Part shown: piece by piece, positions 1 through 10,618 of the stretch
Position numbering within the stretch: position 1 is the stretch's first letter
How the letters are laid out: every line of letters begins with the position of its first letter
Source: Octopus bimaculoides
Lineage: Eukaryota
Length of the DNA: 37,706 nucleotides
Direction of reading: 5' to 3'
NCBI RefSeq assembly: GCF_001194135.2
Contig: NC_068990.1
Span: 41,770,540-41,808,245 of the forward strand
Made by a program: the position numbers and the translations under genes
The notes under the pieces: model-generated
What the model saw: only the letters and a program-made list of their open reading frames with translations
Databases searched by the model: none
What the model was told of the DNA's origin: nothing

Positions 1-2043
1 TATATATATATATATATGCTCATGCATTAAGTGCCATTTTCCCTCACTGCCCCATTAAGTTTATGTTTTGTGTGAGTGGATGTATGTGGATTTCCATATG
101 CGTGCATGTGTACGCGTGTATTTATGCACATATAGTGTACATAAGTACAAACAAGAAGAGTGAATCAGTACTCAATGCAAGAGAGAGAAAAAGAGTGAGT
201 GAGTGAGTGAAAGAGTGAGTGAGTGATCGAGAGAGGGTGAGAGAAGGTGAGAGAGGGAGAAAGTATTATTTATGATTGTAATACCTGGTACCTCACATCT
301 GATAAATCGAATTTCACGTTTCTGCTCATGAGAGTGAATGTGAAGTCTGATGATCAAAATTGTGAAATTCGAATAGCGAATGTCTAGAAGTGTAAGGTAT
401 TTCGTCCAAGAGTATCGACCGGCAACACTATTCTACCAACTCGATCAAATGGGAACCCTGATATCATTATACCAGACACGCTGGAATTCGGACATAAATA
501 AGCTTGATACACATTCTAAAATTAGAAATACATCTGTAGTTCCATGCATTATTTCGCTTGCTTACAAGCGGCCTCGCAACATTGATTTTATTTCTCCTGT
601 TACTCCACGTTGACGCACCATTTCAGAACAACACGAGGGGAAGAAGAGAGAATCTTTCTCAAGGGCAGTGAATGACAGTAAATGAACAGATATGGCTCCA
701 ACCGGGCACCAATCCGCCTCATGGACTAGGTTAGTGTGGAATATTTGATAAAATACGATATATATATATATATTTATATTTTTATAAATTTTTTCTTAAA
801 GCATGAAGCCAACATCATTTCAATATTTTACTGTCATCAGCATTTTTTTGTGTACATCATAAAATAATTCAATTGTAGATTCAACTTGTTTGGGGGGTTA
901 TTTTTTATTATATTTTATTTTACGTTTTCGTGGGGGTTTTTTTGGATATTATTTTTCTTTCTTTCATTATATTTATATAAATCGCTATTTACTTCCTACA
1001 TCCAAGACAAGCTCTTCTTTGTACTCATGACTCCAGCAATAACTTAAAGATTTTCTTTCACTATTCATTTTATTTTTCTTCTTTGATTTCTTTGTATTTA
1101 TTTTATTTATTGCCTCCTTTCTTTCTTTTTTTTTCTTTCATTCAGTGAGAAATAGTAAAAAAAAAAAACCCAAAAAACGAAGGAGATAAGCTTANNNNNN
1201 NNNNNNNNNNNNNNNNNNNNNNNNNNNNNNNNNNNNNNNNNNNNNNNNNNNNNNNNNNNNNNNNNNNNNNNNNNNNNNNNNNNNNNNNNNNNNNNNNNNN
1301 NNNNNNNNNNNNNNNNNNNNNNNNNNNNNNNNNNNNNNNNNNNNNNNNNNNNNNNNNNNNNNNNNNNNNNNNNNNNNNNNNNNNNNNNNNNNNNNNNNNN
1401 NNNNNNNNNNNNNNNNNNNNNNNNNNNNNNNNNNNNNNNNNNNNNNNNNNNNNNNNNNNNNNNNNNNNNNNNNNNNNNNNNNNNNNNNNNNNNNNNNNNN
1501 NNNNNNNNNNNNNNNNNNNNNNNNNNNNNNNNNNNNNNNNNNNNNNNNNNNNNNNNNNNNNNNNNNNNNNNNNNNNNNNNNNNNNNNNNNNNNNNNNNNN
1601 NNNNNNNNNNNNNNNNNNNNNNNNNNNNNNNNNNNNNNNNNNNNNNNNNNNNNNNNNNNNNNNNNNNNNNNNNNNNNNNNNNNNNNNNNNNNNNNNNNNN
1701 NNNNNNNNNNNNNNNNNNNNNNNNNNNNNNNNNNNNNNNNNNNNNNNNNNNNNNNNNNNNNNNNNNNNNNNNNNNNNNNNNNNNNNNNNNNNNNNNNNNN
1801 NNNNNNNNNNNNNNNNNNNNNNNNNNNNNNNNNNNNNNNNNNNNNNNNNNNNNNNNNNNNNNNNNNNNNNNNNNNNNNNNNNNNNNNNNNNNNNNNNNNN
1901 NNNNNNNNNNNNNNNNNNNNNNNNNNNNNNNNNNNNNNNNNNNNNNNNNNNNNNNNNNNNNNNNNNNNNNNNNNNNNNNNNNNNNNNNNNNNNNNNNNNN
2001 NNNNNNNNNNNNNNNNNNNNNNNNNNNNNNNNNNNNNNNNNNN

Positions 2044-2220
2044 GAAGAAGATGATGATGAAGAAGAAGAAGATGATGATGAAGAAGAAGAAGAAAAAGAA
2101 GAAGAAGAAAAAGAAGAAGAAGAAGAAGAAGAAGAAGAAGAAGAAGAAGAAGACGACGGCGTCGACGACGACGAAGAGAAGGTAAGTAAAGAAAGAAAGA
2201 AAGAAAGAAAGAAAGAAAAT
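2044..2220. repeat. (GAA/GAT)n then (GAAA)n purine-rich microsatellite
   Basis: Direct reading of the sequence; abuts an N gap. Confidence 0.9.
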
Positions 2221-2700
2221 AGAGGTTATAAAATTTAAAGAACGAAATAAGAAGAAAGAAAAAAATTCGAAAAGGAAAAAATGAAGTTAGAGAGAAACGA
2301 GGCAGAAAGAGGAATAAGAGACAGACAGAATGAAGAACAGACGAGAAGTTGAAAGAGAAGGAAAGAAATGTGAAAACCAAACCCCAGAATTCCAACGGTA
2401 ACCTCCTCATCACGTATTCAACACTACCATCATTACACTCGCTTTAACAAGTTTATCGCATATAATCCAAGCATCCTTGTCCCACCATCATCATCGTCAT
2501 ATCGTCATCCGCATCCCCCATTTATCACCACTACCACCAACACCGCCACCATCACAACCAAACTTACATTAAAATCAATATAAGAGACCACAAATTATAC
2601 TTCACAACTCAGCATGCTATTGGCTGGATTTCTCTCCCAATAATTTCTATACTCTGCAGATTTTAAAACAGTGTATAGAGACACATGTAGATGTACACAT

Positions 2701-2702
2701 AA

Positions 2703-2781
<79 letters not shown>

Positions 2782-2790
2782 AACACACAC
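2701..2790. repeat. (CA)n microsatellite
   Basis: Direct reading of the sequence. Confidence 0.95.
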
Positions 2791-4283
2791 GTGTGTTCAT
2801 ATATATAATCTAATAATAATTTCATTCGGCTTCATACGACTTGCAAGTTTCGTAGACTCCTCAAGCGAACCTAACTCGTCAGGCCCGTAGAAGCGAATGT
2901 GGAGAAATCTAAGATTGCTGTCTGGGTATTGGGCTGTCGTTGATCGACGCAAATCATATGGTGCTATCAGTTTGCTAGCGACATCAGTTCCCGTTCAGAA
3001 TTTCTAGGACCATGTTCATAGGTGTACATCATCCACTCCAGAATGACTAGACAAAAATATACTGAGCGAATGAGAGCGCTTCTATGCGATCCAACGACAT
3101 TCTAGAAATAGCAGCGCAATATTCTCAAATGTAACCCCACTAAAAATTCACTGGATAATGTAGCCCTACATGTATGATATCTGAAAAATAGGTGCCTGTA
3201 ATGCATAGGTCTCCTAAGAAAGAGTGCATTAAAAGAGCTGAATAACAAAGTAAAAAGACGACATTGATCAGTGTAGTCTTAAATACACGAAGTTCGAGAT
3301 GCATTAGGATGTTCTCTGCGTTTTTGCAAACAAAATTATCCGTCCACCTTTCCACATTAGTATGCTCGGTCAAAACGGAACAAGGCTTCGTGAACAGCAT
3401 CAACGATAGCAATAACACCGATAGCAAGGATAACGACAATATCAACAACAAAAGTAGAAGCAGCGTTACCAACAACAACAACAACAACAACAACAACAAC
3501 TTTAAAGACAATCCTTATGATCTCATATTATCAAATTCCTTCACGTGATAAACGTGTTGGCCTCGTACAGGAGGTCATACATTACCCATAGGTTCATGAC
3601 GCGTTACTAACCAAAGATAGCAAAATAGCAATCAGTAAGAAATGATTTTTAAGGACGATCTTTGACATTTCTCAATGTTGTTGTATATATNNNNNNNNNN
3701 NNNNNNNNNNNNNNNNNNNNNNNNNNNNNNNNNNNNNNNNNNNNNNNNNNNNNNNNNNNNNNNNNNNNNNNNNNNNNNNNNNNNNNNNNNNNNNNNNNNN
3801 NNNNNNNNNNNNNNNNNNNNNNNNNNNNNNNNNNNNNNNNNNNNNNNNNNNNNNNNNNNNNNNNNNNNNNNNNNNNNNNNNNNNNNNNNNNNNNNNNNNN
3901 NNNNNNNNNNNNNNNNNNNNNNNNNNNNNNNNNNNNNNNNNNNNNNNNNNNNNNNNNNNNNNNNNNNNNNNNNNNNNNNNNNNNNNNNNNNNNNNNNNNN
4001 NNNNNNNNNNNNNNNNNNNNNNNNNNNNNNNNNNNNNNNNNNNNNNNNNNNNNNNNNNNNNNNNNNNNNNNNNNNNNNNNNNNNNNNNNNNNNNNNNNNN
4101 NNNNNNNNNNNNNNNNNNNNNNNNNNNNNNNNNNNNNNNNNNNNNNNNNNNNNNNNNNNNNNNNNNNNNNNNNNNNNNNNNNNNNNNNNNNNNNNNNNNN
4201 NNNNNNNNNNNNNNNNNNNNNNNNNNNNNNNNNNNNNNNNNNNNNNNNNNNNNNNNNNNNNNNNNNNNNNNNNNNNNNNNNNN

Positions 4284-4322
<39 letters not shown>

Positions 4323-5002
4323 GTATATATAATCTTCTCTATATTTAATTAAATATCTAAAACTATATGCAATAATAAAAAAAAACAAAAAAAAAACAAA
4401 AGCAACTTTGTATTGTATTTCAAGCTTTTTTTTTTTTTGCATTAATGGGCAACGTTAGCCTGTTTAACAGTCTCTCATACATGAACATAGATTCCCCACA
4501 CGTTCATATATGCATACACATAATCATACACACGCTCATACAAAAATGCATACGCACCCATACATATACATGTACACCTATATCTATACACATGCATATA
4601 GATATATGCGTATTTACATACGTACATCATAGACAAACGTACGTAGAAGCACAAGCATACATACGCGTAGAATAAATTATTACCCGTACTTTTTAAATCA
4701 GAGCAAGAAATAAGTTCCATCTTCGTTGATTAAAAGTAGAAAAAAACCCTAAATTATTTAATACTTAAACGTACTTAACACCCTCACATTGTTAATCCAC
4801 TGAGGAATTTTCTGTCATATGCATACATCCTTGCATATATATATGCTACGCGCGCACACACGAGTGTATGTGTGTGTGTGTGTGTATGTATGTATATATA
4901 TATATATATATATATNNNNNNNNNNNNNNNNNNNNNNNNNNNNNNNNNNNNNNNNNNNNNNNNNNNNNNNNNNNNNNNNNNNNNNNNNNNNNNNNNNNNN
5001 NN

Positions 5003-5056
<54 letters not shown>
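5003..5056. repeat. (ATT)n microsatellite; (TAA)n tail or target of the adjacent RLE element
   Basis: Perfect trinucleotide run directly 3' of the minus-strand element at 5057-5434. Confidence 0.95.
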
Positions 5057-5058
<2 letters not shown>

Positions 5059-5434
5059 TATACTCACAACAGATTATACTGTTGGAAAATTAAAAAAGAT
5101 CCTAAAATCTTGCTGCAACAAGTAACGTTAGATGCCAAGATCCCTCCAAAGTATCTTAGATGTCCCTAATAACATTGTTTTCTGGAGCTGTACTAAACTG
5201 GGTTTTATGCCTATTTCCCCTATTCATCTGTTCAGACCTTTAAGGATAGTTCCCAATGCTCCTATAACTATTGGGATGCATTTTACCAGCACTTTCCATA
5301 GTCTCTGTAATTCAATGGCTAGGTCCTGGTACTTTGGTATTATTTATATACTTCTCATATTGATTGTAAAGTCAATTATCTGGCACTTTCTATCCTCTTT
5401 ATCTACCACTAATAAATCTGGCATTCTAGCTTCT
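5057..5434 (-). mobile_element. R4/Dong-like non-LTR retrotransposon, 5'-truncated: restriction-like endonuclease (RLE) domain plus 3' UTR
   Basis: Minus frame reads EARMPDLLVVDKEDRKCQIIDF..KYQDLAIELQRLWKVLVKCIPIVIGALGTILKGLNR*IGEIGIKPSLVQLQKTMLLGTSKILWRDLGI*. This has the PD..D..KY RLE motif and the IPIVIGALG and LQK..LLGT C-terminal motifs, two in-frame stops, and ends in (TAA)n. Confidence 0.9.
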
Positions 5435-5510
<76 letters not shown>

Positions 5511-5513
5511 CCA

Positions 5514-5592
<79 letters not shown>
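5435..5592. repeat. Compound (ATC)n(ATT)n microsatellite
   Basis: Direct reading; separates two minus-strand retroelement fragments. Confidence 0.95.
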
Positions 5593-5593
<1 letters not shown>

Positions 5594-5780
5594 TTATGTT
5601 TGACTTTTGCATTGCATTTGTACAACTTGGCTCCAAGTCTCACCCAGAGACCTCAAGAGACAACAAGTTAGAAGTTTATGTTGGTGTTATGCCCAGGGTG
5701 CCATATATTTGGTTTTGTACACAGTGTTGTTCTACAGAATGTTTAAGAAACCATAAGTAAATTAAGCGTTTGTTTTAAAT
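5593..5780 (-). mobile_element. Probable 3' UTR fragment of a second non-LTR (R4/Dong-like) family
   Basis: Non-coding stretch ending ...GCAAAAGTCAAACATAAAA directly into a (TAA)n tail on the minus strand. The family assignment is inferred from the tail type and my recollection of octopus repeats; no protein motif is present. Confidence 0.45.
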
Positions 5781-5844
5781 TTGAGATTACATAGACAGTA
5801 TTTTACGTACGATATGGGAAGTTCCCATGAGCACTATCTATGCC

Positions 5845-7350
5845 GACAAAATCGGTGGATTTGCGGTTGGGCTCCTGGAGAAGAAAGTCGATGCCATCAG
5901 ACGGCATCGTCGGATGCTAGACCAGCGGACCAGTTAAACTTTTCGGTGTATGGTTTGGTCATGACCGCCAGGTAGATAAGAATTGGGACGAATTGACGAA
6001 CAGGGTGGTCAGTCTTACTCAGAAATTGGCTGAGAGAAAATTGTCCCTTAAAGGTTGGACAGAGGTTGCGAATGCCTACATCGCCTCTGTTATCATTTAT
6101 CGCCTGACTGTCGTGCCTGATCCTGGTTACTGTTTAACCAGATTGAAACGTCACTTATTTAAATTCTTTTGGAAGGAACGCGTCCCAATGTTCAGGCGAT
6201 CAATGTGTTACCAGCACACTTTGAGTAGCGTATTAGGTATGCCGTGGCTTCTAATGCGAAGACACGCTCTTAGGTCGCGCCATCTGTTTCTGGACGGTAA
6301 GCGTGTGGGCTCCGTTTGTAAGGCATGTATTTCTACAGCTCGTCTCCTTGACAGAGCTGCAGTCCTGGGTGAAGAAAAGACCGGGACCGGGCGCTTGGCA
6401 CCTGAAATATCATCAGGTGTTGACTGTCTTCTACCAGTAGGATAATTAGATTGGTGGATGCTCGGTTTTAGAAATTGATAGGGGATTGGTGACGGGAAAG
6501 TGCGACGACGTTCTTGGGGAGACTGGGAACCGACGAAAACGAACTGGCCAGTTTGATCCGGAAGATCGGGAACTATAATAGATAATTTCCAGATGTCCTT
6601 CACCTGGCTGTTCTACCGGTGGCTGGTACTACCGGTTCGGGATAAAATCTACAGGTACGGATATGCTGTCAGACGAGCTTGTCCGAAGTGCACGCAGAAT
6701 TACGAAACAGTTCTGCTCGCACTCGTTCAGTGTCCGAGAATTGCTGACTTATGGGGTTATGTCGAACAGCTGCTGTTACGTGTGGGACGGAACCGTCTAT
6801 CGGCTGAGTCCATAGTCATTATTGCCCCGCCGCCATCCATTAATCGAACAGGTAAGGTAGTTTTCCTTTGTCTGTTGGTTGTATGATGGACGAGGCTGAA
6901 AGGAACGAAGACAGATACTTTCCTATTTGGCAGAGGTCTCATTGACTTCCTCAGGTTTCACTCGTAAAGGAAATTAACCGTGGAGAGGGAAATGCTGTCC
7001 TCGAGTGAGTTTATTGAAAGGTGAATGAAAATTGCGAAAATGGCAAGAGTGGATGGTACCTGTCTAAGTGTAGACCAGTGAATCAGAGAAAGGGAACTGG
7101 AAAGGGCACCTGACCTTGGTGTTCAGGGGTATCTTGGACTGTGAGATTCCTCCATTATCCCTAGAGGTCATCCTGTGTCTCTATCAACCACCTCCCTTTA
7201 TTTTCTGTATACTATGTATATTTCCCTTCTTTTCATTGTATAAAGTGTATACTTAGCTTCTTATTTTTATTTCATTATATGTAAATCCCCACACTTTGTG
7301 CCTGCATTTATATTGCCCCCTCATCCACCCTGGTCGTAAATAAATGAAAT
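5845..7350 (+). mobile_element. Tx1/L1-clade LINE, 5'-truncated, copy 1 (end of RT, thumb, Cys-rich region, 3' UTR)
   Basis: KSVDLRLGSW..VKLFGVWFG..KNWDELTNRVVSLTQKLAERKLSLKG..AYIASVIIYRLTVVP..LFKFFWK, later RDKIYRYG..CPKC..ETV...LVQC. Frameshifts and stops present; 3' UTR ends AAATAAATGAAAT into (CAT)n. Confidence 0.9.
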
Positions 7351-7394
7351 CATCAACATCATCATCATCCTCAGCACCATCATCATTACTATTT

Positions 7395-7481
<87 letters not shown>

Positions 7482-7516
7482 CTGCTGCTTCTGCTGCTGC
7501 TGCTGCTGCTGCTACT
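7351..7516. repeat. Compound (CAT)n-(CTA)n-(CTG)n microsatellite
   Basis: Direct reading of the sequence. Confidence 0.95.
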
Positions 7517-7541
7517 GAGGCGGTGAGCTGGTAGAATCGTT
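7517..7541 (+). mobile_element. Isolated 25-bp 5' head of SINE family A
   Basis: GAGGCGGTGAGCTGGTAGAATCGTT matches the start of the family A copies at 9067, 15742 and (reverse strand) 30356. Confidence 0.7.
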
Positions 7542-7544
7542 GCG

Positions 7545-9006
7545 TCCCACATGCAACAGCACCTGGAGAGGCAGATCGATGCTGTCGAACGGCGCCTTCG
7601 GATGCTCGACTGACGGACCAGTTAGACTGCGCGGTGCCAACCTCCAGGTAGGTAAGAATTGGGACGAGGTTACGAACATAGTAGCTTGTTTTACCCAGAA
7701 ATGGGCAGAGAGGAAGTTGTCCTGAAAGAGGTGATGAATACTTACATCGCCTCAGTCATCATTTATCGTTTGACTGTCGTGCTTTGCTTTATTTACTGCG
7801 TGATTAGGTTGGAGCGTATCCTTTTTATTTTCTTGCGGAAGGGACGCGTTCCAATGGTCAGGCCGTCAGTCTGCTGTCAACTCACTCTGCGTTGTGGCTT
7901 AGACAAGCCATGGCTTCTGATGAGCAGACACGTACTCAGGTTGAATGTGTGAGGCTCCGTTCGTGAGACACAACTTTCCGAAGCTCGTCCCTATGACGGA
8001 TCTACAGTCCTGTGAAAAGGATAGACCGAGACTGGGCGCCTGGCATCTAGAATATCGTCAGGCGCTCACTGTCCTTTTCAAGTCGGGCAATAGGATCGGT
8101 GGATGTTCCACTTTAGCTATATACAGAGAATTAGTAGCGGGGAAGTGCAACGATGTTCTCGGGGAAAAACTCTAGGTGTCGATTCCGGAGGTCTTTCCGG
8201 TTGGGGACTACTATGGATAATTTCCAGATGTCTTTGGCATGGCAGTGCTACCTTGCGGTGGGGTTCCCGATTCGAGATAAACTCTACAGGTACGGATGTG
8301 CTGTCAGACAGGTTTGTCCGAGGTGCTCGCAGAACGACGAAACCGTACTTCAAACACTCGTTCAGTGTTTAGGAATTCCTGACCTGCGGAGTTATATCGA
8401 GCAGTTACTGTCGTGTGTCGTACGGATCCGTCTGTCGTCCGAGTCTATAGTGATGATTACCCCACCGCTCTCTTTTAATTGGGGAGGCAAGGCAGTTTTC
8501 CTATGCTTGGTGGATGTAGAGAAAGAAGCTGTTTGGTGGACGAGGCTGAAAGGAATTAGGACAGAGACATTACTCTTTAGTAAAGCTCTCATCGACTTTT
8601 TCATGATTCACTTGAAAGGGAAAGTGAAGGTGAAGAGAGAGGTGCTGTCCCAGAGCGAATTTATCAAAAGGTGGGTGAAAGTTGCGAAAATGGCAAGATT
8701 GGATGGTACTACTCTCAGTGTAGAACTGTGAGCCGGAGGAAAGGAATGAGAGAGGGCATTCGTCCTTGGTGTTCAGGGTAATCTTGGATTGTAGGGTTCC
8801 TCGATTATTCTTAGAGGCTCTCCTGCATCAGGAGGTCCCCGTCACTATTACTGTGTTTCTTCTTCTAGTACTGAATATTATGCGCACTTCCCTTCTTTTA
8901 ATGTATACCATGTATACTTTTCCCCATCATATCTAAACCCGTACACTTTATGTCTAACTTTGTATTGTCCTCCTCATACTTCGCGCTGGTGGCAAATAAA
9001 AGAAAT
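7545..9006 (+). mobile_element. Tx1/L1-clade LINE, 5'-truncated, copy 2
   Basis: Colinear with copy 1 (roughly 75-80% identity by eye). The ORF at 8153-8731 encodes RDKLYRYGCAVRQVCPRCSQNDETVLQTLVQC..KEAVWWTRLKG..FIKRWVKVAKMARLDGTTLSVEL; 3' UTR ends AAATAAAAGAAAT into (ATT)n. Confidence 0.9.
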
Positions 9007-9016
9007 CATTATTATA

Positions 9017-9065
<49 letters not shown>

Positions 9066-9066
9066 G

Positions 9067-9264
9067 AAAGCGGCCAGCTAGAAGAATCGTTAGCGTGCAG
9101 GACGAAATGCTTAGTGGTATTTCGTCCGTCACTATCTTCTGCGATCGACTTTGCCTTTCATCCTTGCGGGATCGATAAATTAAGTACCAGTGAAACACTG
9201 GAGTCGATGTAATCGACTAGTACCTCTCTCCAAATTTCAGGACTTTGTGCCTCCAGTACAAAGG
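9067..9264 (+). mobile_element. tRNA-derived SINE, family A (internally deleted)
   Basis: Shares the head and the GTCGACTTTGCCTTTCATCC..GATAAATTAAGTACCAG..GTCGATGTAATCGAC body with other copies in the window; tail runs into (ATT)n. Confidence 0.85.
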
Positions 9265-9304
9265 TTTATTATTATTATTGTTGTTGTTGTTGTTGTTGTT
9301 GTTA

Positions 9305-9455
9305 TCTGATGAAAACTCTCAACTTAGTTTACTGGGGCCATACTTCAAGAACCCTGCGAAGCATTCTTGCAGTTCCAAGTAATGCTGATCTTTGTAAGTG
9401 TTCTACCTTTACATTTGTACCAATCTTCTGGAGCCATGTTGGTATTTCAGTGCTG
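9305..9455 (-). mobile_element. R4/Dong-like extreme 3' fragment (distinct lineage)
   Basis: Minus frame STEIPTWLQKIGTNVKVEHLQRSALLGTARMLRRVLE matches the LQ.S.LLGTAR.LRRVL C-terminus; followed by a (CAA)n(TAA)n tail at 9266-9303. Confidence 0.85.
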
Positions 9456-9478
9456 ATAATAATAATAATAATAATAAA

Positions 9479-9550
<72 letters not shown>

Positions 9551-9594
9551 TATTATTATTATTATTATTATTATTATCATTATTATTATTATTT
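9456..9594. repeat. (AAT)n directly joined to (ATT)n
   Basis: Direct reading; strand switch at 9549/9550. Confidence 0.95.
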
Positions 9595-10059
9595 AATGAT
9601 AATATTTTTGCGTGGGGTATGTGTTTCCCTCTGCGCGCATTTGTGTGTATTTGTATTAGCTATGTATTTATTAGCCTTTGAATATAGCCATGTAAAACAA
9701 TGCTATCCTTAAGAAATAAAAAAAAAAGCAGATCAATATTCAACAATAAATAACAAAACAACCGAAATATCAGAAGCAGCATTAACAGTAATAGTGATAA
9801 GTACACCGATACCTACAACAACATTGGTAGCGATAGCAACAACAGATAGAGAAAAAAGGCACTTGTTGTTGCTATTAGTTTTGTTGTTGTTGATGTAGGC
9901 TAATTCGGTGATACGTGAAATTAAAGTGATATGTAATCTTCAATAGAATGTACTTCCAATTAAAGACCGAGAAGACAACAGTAAGGGGAACAGGGTGAAA
10001 AACAACTTCTGGCCATTCTCGAAGATCAAGACGGCATGCACAGATTAAAACACATTTCA

Positions 10060-10254
10060 CGCACATACCACATGCACATACTCACATACATGCACGCACA
10101 CACTACAAGATCCACACCCATAGGTACGTGTGTATATCTTATATATGCATATGTGTGAGTATATACATTCGCATATATATATGTATATGGATATATATAT
10201 GATTATATATATATATATATATTTATACATATGTCTGTATATAACACATAAAAT

Positions 10255-10290
<36 letters not shown>

Positions 10291-10576
10291 GTATTTATAT
10301 ACATACATATATATATATATATATACATATATATATACATATATATATACATACTATATATATACATATATATATACATGTATAAATATACATATATGTA
10401 TATACATATATGCATGTATATATATACTATATACTCTAATCAAACTACATATATGTATAGTTTGTGTTATGCGTATATATGTGGATATATGTGTCTGTGC
10501 TTGTGTGTCTGTGTGTATGTGTGTATGTATTTACGTGTGTGTGTGCGTGTGTGTGTGTCTATGTGCCTGCATGTCT

Positions 10577-10616
<40 letters not shown>
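10060..10616. repeat. Large degenerate (TA)n/(CA)n/(TG)n low-complexity block
   Basis: Direct reading; accounts for the YI/CV-rich pseudo-ORFs. Confidence 0.9.

Positions 10617-10618
<2 letters not shown>

Noticed and set aside
800-845. Minus-strand CTGATGA..GAAA hammerhead-like motif
   Set aside because: No stems I, II or III can be formed.
2044-2187. Poly-Glu/Asp frame ending at AAG|GTAAGT (possible acidic exon)
   Set aside because: A (GAA)n microsatellite explains it; the 5' part is in a gap and similar repeats are common here.
1142-2413. 423-aa ORF and the other X-rich ORFs
   Set aside because: Made by N-runs and microsatellites; no real coding signal.
2595-2653. Minus-strand AG-led frame EYRNYWERNPANSMLSCEV* as a terminal exon
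   Set aside because: No homology, no good donor before the stop, and joining it to the 32282 exon would create TAG; chance is plausible.
2940-3110. Tc1/mariner-like words (YGAIS..RMTRQKY)
   Set aside because: Wrong spacing, different frames, no DDE motif or TIRs.
7280-7295. ACTTTGTGCCT shared by the Tx1 3' UTR and the SINE tail near 9242 (SINE-LINE partner idea)
   Set aside because: Only 11 bp, not terminal, and absent from Tx1 copy 2.
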